64,000 nucleotides of DNA from NCBI GenBank assembly GCA_013265495.1, contig MU058781.1, positions 8,413,009 through 8,477,008 on the forward strand, given 5' to 3'. The position numbers and the translations under genes were made by a program. Each line of letters starts with the position of its first letter. Positions within the stretch are counted from its first letter, which is position 1. Origin of the DNA: Vicugna vicugna (Eukaryota). A model generated the notes under the pieces. That model was not told the DNA's origin. It made no database searches and saw nothing but the letters and a program-made list of their open reading frames with translations. Of this stretch, positions 50,091 to 63,113 are shown piece by piece.

Positions 50091-50190
50091 TTCTTTCTTT
50101 TTTTTTTTAAATGGAGGTACTGGGGATTGAATCCAGGACCTCCTGCATGTTAAGTATGCAGTCTACCACTGAGCTACAGCCCCCTTCCCC
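50091..50190 (-). mobile_element. tRNA-derived SINE, camelid Vic-1-like
   Basis: The reverse complement reads GGGGAAGGGGGCTGTAGCTCAGTGGTAGACTGCATACTTAACATGCAGGAGGTCCTGGATTCAATCCCCAGTACCTCC plus poly(A). Flanked by CCATTTACTCT / CCATTTAGTCT. Confidence 0.88.
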
Positions 50191-50979
50191 CCATTTAGTC
50201 TTAATTTGGTGTTAGATATAGATACAGATATAGAATTAATCTGTAAAAGGTTTTCAGAAGTTCTTGCTTTTTAAGATCAACATTCAATTATCGGGGTAGA
50301 GACTAAGGTAGGAAAGATATTAGGGCTTCCGCTCCTCTTTGCAAAAGAAACCATTACCTCTATTACGTGAGTTCGTTTACTAATATAAAGTGCCAAGCAC
50401 AGTGCCTTGCACCTAGTGAGCCATCAGTACCACTTGCTGATGGGTGAGAATTAAATACATGGAAGGCCATTCTGGTTCAGAAAGGCAGATTGTCATATGT
50501 GTTTATCTTCTTTCTCTTGAAACCCTATGAAAATAATAGTAAACTTTTTCTTACTTTTAATCATTGAGAGGAGGGCCTTCAGTGGACAAGATTAATTTAA
50601 CAAATTTCTGGAACACAGAGAGTGAGTGGAGGAGGGGCCATCAGTAAAGTAGACAGAGGAAGCCATGGCCAGAGAGGGTGTCAGTCTGCCCTGGAGAGCC
50701 ACCAAAGCTTGTGTGACAAGACCAAGAGCAAAAAGGGGATTCTCATCAAGGTCTTCATGCAGAATATATGTCCAGAATCCAGGAGTCTTTCCCGCAGACA
50801 AGTAATTTTTGAGAAATCTCAAAATAAATGGATTGGCTCCATTCTGGCCCCTAAGGGTATCACTTCAACTTGAATCATACAGCTCCCAGTTGTCACTGTA
50901 TTGCTTTATTCTTAAATATGCGTTTTAAAGACACAAAGCTTGACAAGACGTTTGAGCTTGACAAGACATTTGAGAAAAG

Positions 50980-51950
50980 ACATTATAGAGTGAGACCAAG
51001 AAGATATATATATATTTTAAGGTAGGAAAATATGACTATGGAGAACACAGATGAAAAGGAAACAAAAGAAAACTTTAAAAGAAATGATGGCATTGGAGAG
51101 GCTAGGCTATTCATAAAACAAGAACAAGATGCTTTAAAAACAGGTTGATCAGGGAGCAAAATAAAATGTTCTTGAAAATCATCTAGATTTTTTTAAATTA
51201 CCCAGATTTTTTAAAGAAGTGAAGTAGAAGCTAAATTTGAGGTAAGCAAGTAAATTTGATCAGTAAGTAGAACAATGAAAAAAAAAGACAAGAAAAATAG
51301 AAAATAAAAGGTTTAGTGGGTAGCGTAGAGCTTGGTGGCAGAGTGCATGCCTAGCATGCATGCATGAGGTCCTGGGCTCAATCCCCAGTGCCTCCATTGA
51401 AAAAAGTAAACCGAATTACCCCCCCCACCAAAAATGAAAATTCAATAAACAAACAAGCAAACAAATAAATAGCTTTAGAGGAACAACCCAAGAAGAATAG
51501 GAATTCCAGAAAGATCAGAGCAAGACAGTGAGAGGGAATGGTTTTACAACATGAATACTTGTCACAGCTGAAGGCCAAGCATATGGTTTCTAGGAGCCCA
51601 CGAGTTCCTCACGTGGTGAGTGAGAAAAAGATGTTCACCTGAATGTACATTGGGAAATTTTATGGTCGATGTAAGACAGGCCTGGAACCTTCCAGGGAGA
51701 TTAAGATCGAATTGCTTCAAAGGAATAAGAATCTGTGGCTGCAGGCTTCTCATCGGCAGCACTACATAAAAACCCGGGAGTAGTGCCTTCAGAGTTCCCA
51801 GGGCAACTGATGTTCAGCCTTAAGTTCTTCACTTCATCACGCTGTGAAGTGTGAGGGTGAAATGCACGCTTCAGATACATCAGGGCTCGAATTTTCTCCT
51901 CCATACCACTGTTCAGATGTGTTCCAGGAAGACAGCTGATTAACAGTGGG
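50980..51950 (+). mobile_element. Old L1M fragment (sense), interrupted by a SINE
   Basis: A-rich degenerate L1 ORF1-like sequence, e.g. AATAGGAATTCCAGAAAGA and GAATCTGTGGCTGCAGGCTTCTCATCGGCAGCACT. Confidence 0.55.
51320..51465 (+). mobile_element. tRNA-derived SINE, Vic-1-like long form
   Basis: GAGCTTGGTGGCAGAGTGCATGCCTAGCATGCATG...GAGGTCCTGGGCTCAATCCCCAGTGCCTCC, then an AAACCGAATTACCCCCC extension and an A-rich tail. Degenerate duplication AAATAAAAGGTTTAGTGG / AAATAAATAGCTTTAGAGG. Confidence 0.8.
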
Positions 51951-51969
51951 ATCAGGAAACTGACGCTGT

Positions 51970-52285
51970 TGTAACCAACCAATAGAACCCAGCTCTGGCC
52001 AACTCAGGCAGAAAAGGAGTTTATTGAAAGGATATTGGATAACTTACTGAAATGCCAGGAAGATTAGAGAACCGGGCTTGGCCAACAGGCAGAAACAAGG
52101 AAGAACCACAGCTAGAACATCAACCCACAGCCATCACCACCTCACTCTGCTGCTTCGCAGGAGCAACTCCAGATTACAAATCTGGGGCGGGTGTGTCTGC
52201 CTGTCCCAGCCCAGGTTCCAGGGAAGCTGGGAGACAGGATTGGGAGTCTTCCGCTTCTATGGTGGAATGGGCTACCTTGGGGAGA
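51970..52285. mobile_element. Old MLT1-like LTR fragment
   Basis: CAATAGAACCCAGCTCTGGCCAACTCAGGCAGAAAAGGAGTTTATTGAAAGGATATTGG. Confidence 0.55.
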
Positions 52286-55200
52286 TAGATCCCTGAGCTA
52301 GTGCATTTTTAAAAATCATGTGCATTTATTTATTTTTAAATTGCCTTAAATGATTGTTTTAAAAAATGTATAGAGAAAGGAAGGCAGTCACCAGTTCATA
52401 AGTAAACAGCTTCTATTCCAAAAGTTGTTCATCAGTTTGAGATTCCTTTTCTTTTAGAAATATTCACATGTAGGTAGTTAGATTCCCAAACTAGTCCACA
52501 AATACAAGTTAGAATGAAGTTAAAATACCCTAGATCTGTAGGTTCAAAATCAAAAGAAGAAAGATGGCCAGGTTTGGGGTCCATTCTAGAAATCCAGAGA
52601 GAGACGATGGGGGAATTTAGCTGGGGCAGTGAGGCGGGCGTGGAGAGCGATGCATCTGAGAAGGAAGAGAGCATATTCTGCCAGCTGGTGGTGGCTGGGA
52701 TGTGGGGTGTAAGGGGAAACCCACCCCTACAGTGAAATGCACTCTTGCTGCTCCTGTCGCCAAGTGCCTCCGTCAGAACTTCCTGTGTGCCCTTCACTTG
52801 GGCAGTTCTCTGAGATGTTGGTTTCTAATTAGGCTCCTTATGTACCAGCAGAAATGCTGCTCTTGATAGATTCTGAGCTAAGCTCTTGCTGGGAAAAAAC
52901 ATGGCAGAGGAGACTCAGAGCTCTTCATCTTAGGTAACCTCATGGCAATGAGAGGTTGATGCTGGGAGTGTGGTTATTAGCCTGGCATGGAAGGGACCAT
53001 GATCTGGCTCCTTCTTCATTCTCTGCACCAAAGCCCCCCCCCACCCCATTCCCTACCAGCACCTCCAAACCCAGCTCCTTCCAAGTCTCTGGGCTTCTGG
53101 CCATGCTTGGACAGCCCACTTAAGTCCCCCAACTTCCACTCTCTTCTCTGCGAGAAGAGAAGCCCATTTGCTTACCAGGACTTGGCTCAAGCACCACCAC
53201 CTCTAACCACTTTCTCCAGGTCTCCTCACACTGCTCTGTCCAGCCCTCCGTCCTGCCCTCCTGTACCTAGTCACAGACTCTTGCAGTATTTATCATGCAT
53301 TTCCTGCCAGTTGTTGTCTGTACCCTCTTTTACGGCAGGAACCACCGCATCACCTTTATGTTCATCTGCCTGTGTGGGGCCGGGTATGCACTTAATAAAT
53401 GTTTGAATGGACTTATAAATGGTTAACCAGATTGAGTTAATATATAGTCACAACTGGAAACTAGGTATTCTTTTCTTAAACTCCTCATGCCCTAACCCAC
53501 TGACCTAACGGCTAGAATCCAAGTGATGATTTAACTGTGGTCCAGTCTCAAGCTGGAGGTTCCCTCCTTTGGGTTATTTCACTATTGTACTTAGTCTGGT
53601 CTTCATTCTATTTATGTAATTTCCATTTTCTTCTATTTCCCTTCTTCCTCTGTTCAAAATGCCTTGTCTCATCCTTGGCTTTGAGACAAAATGGATCATG
53701 TATCTAGTTTTTTCCTTTGCTCAGATCTATTAACTGGGGTAAAGGGAATTTATTTTAGTGTTCACAGCTTGTTAACCCATAGCAGGCATGCCTTTTCCTT
53801 CATTTAATTTTTTCCTGTGGTTTGGCTGAATGGTATATAAGAACCACTTCCCTTCCCACCATGAAATGGGACGCTCGTTCTGGTAGCATACCCTCTTTCT
53901 GATTTGAACACATACCCATGCATGCTGGATGGGTATAAACCACTAGACTTATTTGGTTTAACTCTAAGTGGAAAAGCTTTTTGTTTTTCTTGTTATGCAA
54001 GATACTCACACTGACTTTAAAGTCATTTATTAATATAAAAAGTTAAGAAAATAAAATCACCATAATCCTACTACCCAAAGATTAATACTCTTAAACTATT
54101 TAGATACTTTCTAGGCATATAGTTTCCCCACAGAAATACAATTTTACTATTCAAACCTGCTTTTTAAAGAAAAAACTTACATATATAGATGTACCTCATT
54201 ATTAATTACATAACATCCCATTATATAAATGTACAATAACTTACTGAATTTTTCTTCTGAGATGGGGCACTTACGTTGGACATATGTGGCAAAGTATAAA
54301 TATTCAAGAAACTGACTGTGCTGTTTTTAATAGACAAACCCTAGAAACAACATAAATGTTCTCAGAATATACTCCCAAAAGTGGAAGTGTTAGTTTGAAA
54401 GATATAAATTTAATGTGTATACAGACACATCACTTTGTAAAATCCAACCAAATATTACAGAACTATAAACATGAAATCATTACCTCATACTTAATTTTAC
54501 TTCTCAGAGATAATCTCCTTTAACATTTGATGTGGATCTTTTCAGACTTTTCCTCTGTGGATACATGGAAAATTTTATATTGAGGTCTATAGTTTTATAG
54601 TTTTTTACCCTATGAGATCATGTTATACATATCATTCTGCAACCTTAATTTTTCCCCTATATATTTCTTGAAAATCTTTCCAAATAATGTAGATTAATTG
54701 CCAGCATGTGTAAATACATATATTTAAATATCCCCTTTACAGGTTGGTAATGTGATTTACCTGCCAAGAGACTTGGGGGATTTATTCCCTGGTTCATTCA
54801 AAATAAAGAAGTAAATTTGACTGAGTGTATGCCATGTGCAAGGCTCTGGGGAAACAAACCTACTTAAGACCTGAGCTCAGGGTCCAGTGAGGAAACCTGG
54901 AGCCGAACAGGTGTGATGGTGGTAAAAGCATGCCCTCGCAGCCCAGAAATTGCTATGGCAGAAAAGCAGAGACATCTCAGTCAGCCCAGGGAAGTCACGG
55001 TCACCGACAGATTATTTGAATAGACCTGAGTTTAATCCTGGTGTCTGTGACTTGTTAACGGAGACTGCAGGTAAATCCTTAAGTTCTCTACCCCACGATG
55101 CCGTCATGAATGTCTGCTGGGAAAGTGGTTATAGTAGAGGGATGTTAAATGTCCATTAGTAGGTGTCCAGCTAAGTAAACAAATCATGGTATATTAAAGA

Positions 55201-55871
55201 ATACAATATTATGCAGCTCTGAAAAAATAAGGTCATTCTATTTGCTGATAGGGACCAGACTCCGAGACATTGATAGAGTAGTATGTGGTTTGCTACCATT
55301 TGTGTAAAAAGCTTTTATAAGGTGCAGTGGTTTACAGCTATACATGTACTGGACTATCTGAAAGGATATCTAACTAACTTCACAGTGCTTGCCTTTGAGG
55401 AAGGGGACTGAAGATCCAGAATGGGAGAAAGATTTTTTTTTATTCTGAGTTACTTGCTGTCTGTCTATACCCTTTTGTGCTGTTTGAATTATTATGTGCA
55501 CTTATCATGTAAAGGAAAGGTTTTAAAAATTATGAGTAAAATGAAACTCCTTAAGTTTATCATAAAGTAAGATGGTATTAATTTAATAAGACTTTTCAGA
55601 TATTTTTATATGGCAGTCTTTCACAGTCATTTCATGAAGTGGTTGCAAGCACGGACTTCGGAGTAGGCATATTTCCTGGCTGTGGGGTTCTTGGAAAAGT
55701 TATTTAAGAGCTCTAGACCTCCATTTTCTCCTGTAAAATAGGAATGAATAGTAACAACTACCTTATAGGGTTGTTGTAGAAATGAGATAACGCAATCAGG
55801 TGGAAAGCAATTAACATGGCGTATGGATTTTAAGAACCCAAACGCTGAATGTGTTAAATAGTTCATATTCA

Positions 55872-56250
55872 AAGTCAGGATTCTTGGTTGCAAGGGGTAG
55901 GAATCTCATACTTACCTCCTACCACAAAAGGGATCTGGTCAGCTCACAGAAATGGGAGTCTGAGGTAGGTTTGCCTTTGGGACTGGAAATATCTCGTGCC
56001 TCCCTCTAAGGCACTGGGATTCAGTCTCTCTCCAGCTCTTAACTCTGCTCTCTGTTGGCTCAGTTCCCAGGTAGCGCCAGGCTTACACCCTACCGGCCTA
56101 ATAACTCCCAGTGAAAAGAACCCAGGACTTTCCCAGTAGTTTCCAACAAAAATCCCTTCTCTGACTCATCCTGCTTCGGTCATGGGCCCATCCATCAGCC
56201 AATCACGGTAGCCAATGGACTGGCCCGCGCTGATTGGTGGGCCCAGGTGA
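55872..56250. mobile_element. Old MLT1-like LTR fragment
   Basis: AGTCAGGATTCTTGGTTGCAAG...CAGCCAATCAC...GATTGG. Confidence 0.5.
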
Positions 56251-58554
56251 AGGTACTCACTTCTGTACCCTTGCTGGGAGGGGCAAAGGGCCAGCCTAAG
56301 ATGCTGAACACTGTCAGGCCTTTTGTTTTCAAGCTTGGAGACAAAAGAAACCACGTGAATTTGAGAACCAGGGAGAAGTTCTTTCCCCAAGTGAAGAAAA
56401 GGGGGCAACAAATGCCAGGTGGACAGACACTATGGATGTCCCCTCAGCCCACTGCTTGGCCGCCTGACAGTTGTTCCTGTTATTTTCATGTGTACATTTT
56501 CCGAAATGCTCAACAGTGCAACTATTTCATTACAGAGGCATGTCATCAGAGTTGGGGCTGAGGTCCTAAAGTTAGCACATACTTCCTTTATGGTAAAAGT
56601 CACCCTTGGTAGTACCTCACGAAGGTGCCCTGTGGGTGATCTATGTAGCATTACTCATGTCAGCCTTTACTCCTGCTTAGGTCCAAATGGCTGGGCCTCC
56701 CGTTGAGCACCAGATGCATTAGTTGCTTTACTGGTACACCATGAAGATCTGTTTATAAACAGAGTAGCTCTCAGTTCAGCAAGATGTTCACACTAAGAAC
56801 AAACAAAAATTGAGACAACCAAGAAGAGATTTTCCTCTGCCCTGGTGCTCAGCCCAGGGCAATGGGGTGTAGGCAAAAACTACATGCACTGTTTAAATCC
56901 TCCCATCTGGTTTCTTATTTGTTTTATTAAGCATGTGCGCTAGAATTTGCTAAGGTAAGCATTAAAGTAATCCTGTTTCATCATATATCACAATTTTTAG
57001 CCTTTTCCCCAAAGAGTTTGGCCATTGTGTCCATCCTCAGATCTAGGACCTACAAGGGCTGTTGTCCTCAAGTCCAGTTCAGTCCCCATTCACCAAACAG
57101 TGCAGGAAAGAGAACAGAGTAACCCAACAGAAATGTCCATTTGGAAAGGGGGCATCGCCCACAGTGGTCAAGTGTGTCGCGTCCTCAGCAGGAGTGCCAG
57201 GCCCTTGGCCCTTGGACTTGCTTGTGGAGCCAAGATGGCCACCTCGATCTCCAGCCTCTGGGAGGATTTCCGGGGTCTGCCCTTCTTTCACAGCTCGTTT
57301 CTTGTTGGTGAGATTCGCAGGCTTAGTGACTGAGTCCCTCCAAGACTGAGGTATCTTAGGCCTTTTGCTTTTTGGACTTCTCTGGCAAGACAAGTGCCTT
57401 TCACATTTTCTGTCTAGTGCTTAGATTTGGTTTGGTGCCTGGTACCACAACCTGACTAGCCCTGGTCCTTGAAGTTAGATCTCATTTTCTTAGCAGCAGA
57501 TCTCTGGGAATGTCCCCAGCCCACAGCTTACTACTTCCACAGGCCTTTGCCTCGAAGTACTGGAAACAATAGCCCAAGAAGGGGAGGCAAAACGAGTTCA
57601 CCCCCAGGCTACTGGTACAGGTGGTTCTTTCTTGTGCGGATGCAAGGAGGGCGCAGCCTGAAGGGTCCAGGCGTTCAGGGTCCCAAGCTGTTTTCCCATT
57701 TTGCCTTCCTTCCGTGGACATCGGCGGGGGCGCAGAAGAGGGCTGTGTCTCGGGTAGCTTTCTACAAAGAGAGGATCTTCAGAGGAAAGCCGTTTCCTCC
57801 TTGTGTACAAACTTTAGGTAAGCCTCCAGTGAAGCTTGTCTCTGTCAGTAATAATTCCCTCAAAGCCATGAGAAGTGGCCGACACCCCTGCCCCACTTCA
57901 GCAAGGCACGCCCGCTCCCCAGTGCTTTGGAGCCCGTCGGGCTCAGCCAGGTCCACAGGCTGTCCCCTGCACACCACACTTTCAGGAGCCCAACTCAAAG
58001 TGCTTTGAGCAAAAAAGGAGATTTTGTTGGCTGATGTAACTGAAAAGTCTGGGGAGGACCAGCTGTTGCCCCCAGTGTCTGACCTGCTGGGGTTCTGAAT
58101 GATGGCCTCAGACCCCTTTCTCTCCGTTTCTCCACCTGCTTTCCCCTGGGGAGGCCTCATTTGCAGGTGGCTTCCAGCTGCCAGCTTATCATCCTACCAG
58201 CTTATCAACCTTACTGAGAAGGCACACCCCTTCCTACTGGTAGTTCCAGAAAAATTCCTGGGGTTGGCCTTTGTTCAGCCAGTTTTGGTCCTGTGCCATC
58301 TGACCTAGTCATGGCAGGGGGTGGGGGGCGCAGGCCGGGTCACCTGGGGGCACAGTGCTCTCACTCCGGGAGAGGGAGGGATGCTCCCCAAAGAACCATC
58401 AGGGGCTTTTGCCTGAAGAAGAGGGAATGCTCCCAGAGCCAACCAAAACCACAGGCCCACACAAGGATCTGATGGAGTATTTGGGAGGGGAAAATGGAGT
58501 TAAGAATGTTAATTTGCTATCATTCCTAGGCCTTTGGAGTGATGTGGGTTAGCT

Positions 58555-58850
58555 CAGCACTGCCCAGTGGAAAGATAACGTGTGCCACAGATGCAGGCCA
58601 TACAGTAAAGTATGTCTGTCTAAGAAAGGAAACTGGTGAGAGGGTCGTTTTAACACCCTCTTATTTAATAATATTTTGTAAGGCTGAAACAGCTTCATTT
58701 TAACATGGTATCAATATAAAAGTTATTACTGAGCTATTTTTACCCCTTTTTGTGCTGAGTTTTTGAAATCCAGTGTATGGTTTACAGGGATTCCATGCAT
58801 CCGTTCGGACGAGCCCCTCCGGCTAGTGGCTAGGGTGGCGAACAGAGCAA
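58555..58850. mobile_element. MER33/MER3-like hAT-Charlie element
   Basis: CAGCACTGCCCAGTGGAAAGATAACGTGTGCCACA...TTTAACATGGTATCAATATAAAAGTTATT...TTTGAAATCCAGTGTA...GGCTAGTGGCTA. Confidence 0.7.
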
Positions 58851-59982
58851 GTTTAGCTGAAAACTTTGCGCAGAGAAGCTGGATTGTCATCGGCTAAGTT
58901 GTGACTTTGCTTTCTGTGTCATGGGCAGTTATTTTGAAGTTGTCAATCTCCTCATTAGAAGAATCTGCCCTGAAATGAGCCTCAGTGCACACTGCCATGT
59001 GGGTGTCTCGTTGGTACCACTCCCGTCTGAATGCCCTTCACACCCAGATGGTACTCACCAGTTGCTTCCTTAGTTCCCTGGCTTCTGTCTCAGCCTCTGC
59101 GCACTAGGGCTGAAGGGACTCTCATCAGTCTTGCTTACCTCTGTTTCCTGAGCCCAGAGCCCAGGACACAGAAGACATGAAGTGGAGATCTTTTAAAGTG
59201 AAAATCAGATTAAAAACTTGGGCGAGAACTGCTTGTTTGCCAAGTTTGATGACAAAACCGGGAAAGTAATACCAGTTGAAGCCCAAAATTGAGTGTCTGA
59301 GGTATTTGTTATTCTGATGAATGACCATTTGTAGTCTCTGACTAGTTGTGTTACTATTCAATCACTCTTTCTTTCATTGAATATATATATAGAGAGAGAG
59401 TGAGTGCGTGATTGAATACCTACAGAAACCCAGGCTCTGTGCCAAGCCCTAGGTATACAAAGATAAATGGGAAACAGTCCCTACCTTAAAGGAAATGAGA
59501 AACAGATCAGTGAAATAACTCTTAAATTGAGCAAGTGTTATGATACCAATAAACACAGTGTTTGGGGAGCTCAAGGAAAGGGGTTCATCCCAGGTCAGAG
59601 AGGAAGACAGGCAGCAGAGGTTTACCGGGGAGAAGTCGATTTAAGTTCCACGATGCCTGTGGTATACTTCATATCTAGCCCCATGCCTGGCGCGTCTGTG
59701 GAATCAATGAGAAAAAGGAACAAAGTGGTTCCAGAACCTGATCCAGAAGGGTGATTGGATTTGCCGTCTGAGCAGAGGGGGTGGTCACTGCAGGTGGAGA
59801 GGGAGTTTGCGTGGCGGCCCCGCCCCTGGCGCCTCGGCAGGGAGCCAGGCCCCCCGAGAGAGGCGGAGCAGGGGCGCTGAGAGCCGCACGAGCCCGCAGC
59901 GTTTGGCAGGGGCCGGATCACACAGCCTCACTCGTGATCGTCCACATGACCAGCGACCAACGACTGTACTCTCTTATTCCAG

Positions 59983-60094
59983 GCAAAGCGCAGGCTGGAG
60001 CTAGGAGAAAGCGGTCAGCAGTACCTCTCAGATGGTTTAAAAACCCCCAAGGGCAAAGGCAGAGCTGCGCTCCGAAGTCCAGATAGTCCAAAAA
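59983..60094 (+). CDS. E2F3: E2F3 exon 2 (112 nt; KRRL cyclin A-binding/NLS region)
   Basis: Acceptor ctcttattccAG|GCA. Translates [37 protein letters not shown]. Donor AAA|GTAAGG at 60095, phase 1. Confidence 0.98.
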
Positions 60095-60994
60095 GTAAGG
60101 ATCCTGTCCTCTCTTTCTTACTCTCTGGTGTGAGCCTCCCACCTTTCAGAGCTCGTGGCTGAAGGGGTGCCCAGGTGCGGATGATTTTGGCATGTTTGGT
60201 TCTTTTCATTTCTGTCTGTGCCTATCCAAAACATAAATACAATGTCTGCAGACACCCAGGCAAGGTTTACAGAGCCACTCTGAGACCTGGAGACTGACTT
60301 CAGGGGAGGCCTCTTCCGATGCGTGCAGTTTCATTCTTCAACTCAGAATACAAGTTTCATGGCACCGTTCTGTCACCAGATTTAATTTTAATTTTCCTTA
60401 ATGGACCTTCACTTCAGGGGCTGAGGTGAGCTGGGCATAGACAAACTTTGCCGGCGTCCCTTAAATCTCTGGTGCAGCCATGGCAGCATGAGGATGGACT
60501 GAGACCAATAACTTGCAGCTAGTTTCCACTTCCGTCAAATATGGTCATTGCTTCTTTTGGGAGAGAGAGAAAACTAGGTAGGAAATAGCTAAATAGTCCT
60601 GGATGTCTTTGGCATTTAACGCAAAGGCTGAATTAATTTAGATGTTGTCCTCTCCTGTAGTTTATGAATTAGGCAATCCACAAATTGTGTGTAATGCTAG
60701 AAGAGAATAAATACAGTATTTATTGCACCTCGAAGAGAATAAATACAGTATTAAGCAGACATTTCATTCTGGAGGGATGGAGAGATGGGATGGGAAGACT
60801 CTCCCAGGTATTCTTCGGCGCCACTATTTGAAAAGTTGGTGAACAAGTTATATACACACACACAGACACCGGCGCCTGAAAAGCCAGGTAGGATGAGTCT
60901 GTCTGGCCCCGTCATGAGATACTGGAGAGATTCATAGCCTGACCCCATCAAGTTAGGCTCCACACGTGCTGATCCCATGAGGCTACAGCACTTT

Positions 60995-61075
60995 TTCATT
61001 CATTCAACAGATATTTTTGAGCACCTACTATGTGTGAGATACTTCACTAGACCCAGGGAGTAGGGTAAGCCAAAG
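60995..61075 (-). mobile_element. L2 LINE 3' end
   Basis: TTCATTCATTCAACAGATATTTTTGAGCACCTACTATGTG is the typical reverse-oriented L2 tail. Confidence 0.8.
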
Positions 61076-61329
61076 AAGAAACTACAGAGAAATTCACAGT
61101 AAAATGTCTTAATTAAACAGGAATTTTTACTGTCCCTTCTTTTTCTAATAAAGCAATTTCATAGCTTTCTGTAACTCACCAAAAAAAAAATCAGCGACCA
61201 CAGCTTTGCTTCCGATACTAATACTTGGGCTGCTGGGGGAAAGAGGGCTTGCTTGACTGCAAAGAAACTCTTCATTTCTTTACCTTTCCCCCTATCCCCC
61301 CACCCGCTCGGTTTTTGTTTTTCTTTAAG

Positions 61330-61549
61330 CTCCAAAATCTCCCTCAGAAAAAACACGGTATGATACTTCACTTGGTCTGCTCACCAAGAAGTTCATTCAG
61401 CTACTGAGCCAGTCACCGGATGGGGTCTTGGATTTGAACAAGGCGGCAGAGGTGCTGAAGGTGCAAAAGAGAAGGATTTATGACATCACCAATGTCCTGG
61501 AAGGCATCCACCTCATTAAGAAGAAGTCTAAGAACAACGTGCAGTGGAT
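61330..61549 (+). CDS. E2F3: E2F3 exon 3 (220 nt; winged-helix E2F DNA-binding domain)
   Basis: Acceptor tttttctttaAG|CT. Translates (T)[72 protein letters not shown](M), including the RRIYD E2F signature. Donor GAT|GTGAGT at 61550, phase 2. Confidence 0.99.
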
Positions 61550-62841
61550 GTGAGTATGAGTCACGGCCCCCCACTCCCTGGCTCTGGTGGGGTCCTTTCA
61601 CACTGCCGCGGGGCTCCTCCCAGCCCCAGCTTTCAGATTCATGCCTACGCTTCTTTCATTTTCTCTCCTCTCTCTTTCCTCCTCAACTCCTGAGCCAGCA
61701 GTTCAAAGTCTCTTGACAAAGAGACTTTCTGTTTAGATGCAGTCAGAGATAAAAGGGTTTATAGTCTACTAGCCTGGGGATCCTGGGACTGGGATTAAAT
61801 AGCGCCCTGCAGATGTGAAGTAAAAGGCTCTTCATCTGTTACCATGATACCCACGTGTGTACTCATGTGTGTAATCTAATAGATGCTTACACGTGTCTTT
61901 GGCTTCTAAAAGGAATTTAGAAACTGTGGCTGTGTATTAACTCATCTGTCTATATGCACAGTTGTCAAATATCCTTATGTATGGTTCTCATAGCAGATTA
62001 ACTCACTTTCTGTGTAAATTAAGGCAAGACTTAAATGCCCCTGCACCATCTGGAAAGCGAGGTGAATACACATTACATGTATGATTAAATGTATAATAAT
62101 GTCATTTGTGAATTATGGACCGGGCAACTGAACACCCAGCAGTTTAAAAGGAACTGTTAAAGCATGAGTAGAAGGAGTAAATCTGTTATAGGTTGGCTTT
62201 GAAAAAAAACACTGCTTCAAACATGATAAAATGAACAGGTAGTTTTTTTGTACTTTGGGGGAATTCTGTGACGATTCAGCGACCCATTTTTAGCTTGTGG
62301 TTTAGACAGACCTGTTGCAGACTGGTCTTTGCTCCTGCGTACAGCACAGACATGCTTCCTTAGCCTTTTCCTTTGCAGTTGTTGGTATAAGACCCTCAGT
62401 AATAACCTACATCTTTTGTACTTTTTGGATGATGTTTTGTTGAATATTGAACCATTCCATTGTTTCCTTCAAATTTTCCATCTTGCTATGTCTTCCTGTC
62501 CTTTGTCTCCCTGTTTCTTTTTCCCCACTGGGAGGCATGTGGCAGGGAGGAGCTACCCTTTGAGTTTGAGTCTTCTGAAGAAACAGGCCTCCTATGGAGG
62601 AGAGAAACCTGAAAATAGCAGTGTTTTTTTCACTTAATTTCTATAGTGTGAAAAATGAAGAACTGACTGTATGAAGAAATATGTATAAACATCCTAATTT
62701 TAACACTTGGCTAGCAAGCAATGTGACCTCCTGCATCAAGAGGGGGCATGTACCCAAAGGGCCACTTCTCCCGGCCTTCCCTGTCCCCGCTCCCCGCCAG
62801 CCTCTCGAGCAGCCATGCAAAGTCTGTGTTTGGGTTTCCAG

Positions 62842-63000
62842 GGGCTGCAGTCTGTCTGAGGACGGGGGCATGCTGGCCCAGTGTCAAGGCCTGTCAAAAG
62901 AAGTGACCGAGCTCAGTCAGGAAGAGAAGAAATTAGATGAACTGATCCAAAGCTGCACCCTGGACCTCAAACTGTTAACCGAGGATTCAGAGAATCAAAG
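62842..63000 (+). CDS. E2F3: E2F3 exon 4 (159 nt; DP dimerisation coiled coil); gene continues beyond the window
   Basis: Acceptor gtttccAG|G. Translates [52 protein letters not shown](R). It is followed by the U12-type donor ATATCCTTT at 63001. Confidence 0.98.
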
Positions 63001-63009
63001 ATATCCTTT
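63001..63009 (+). other. E2F3: U12-type (minor spliceosome) AT-AC intron 5' splice site
   Basis: AG|ATATCCTTT is a perfect match to the U11-recognised consensus RTATCCTT, exactly where similarity to the E2F3 protein ends. There is no GT donor at this junction. Confidence 0.95.
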
Positions 63010-63113
63010 GTGCCACCTGGTCGGTGGGGGTTAGTGCCTTCTAGACGGTTTCCAGAGTTGACGGTCTGACTTTCACACACAAGGTAGAATCTACTCTCGT
63101 TTCATGCAAGTAA

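Noticed and set aside
9000..59700. Many 60-190 aa ORFs in intron 1 as nested genes or retrocopies
   Set aside because: None resembles a protein family I recognise, many overlap MIR/L1/MER/LTR remnants, and none shows a processed-pseudogene layout. A BLASTX/Rfam search would be needed to exclude a faint retrocopy or small RNA.
62681..63034. 117-aa ORF as a standalone gene
   Set aside because: Only 62842-63000 is E2F3 exon 4. The flanks are intronic.
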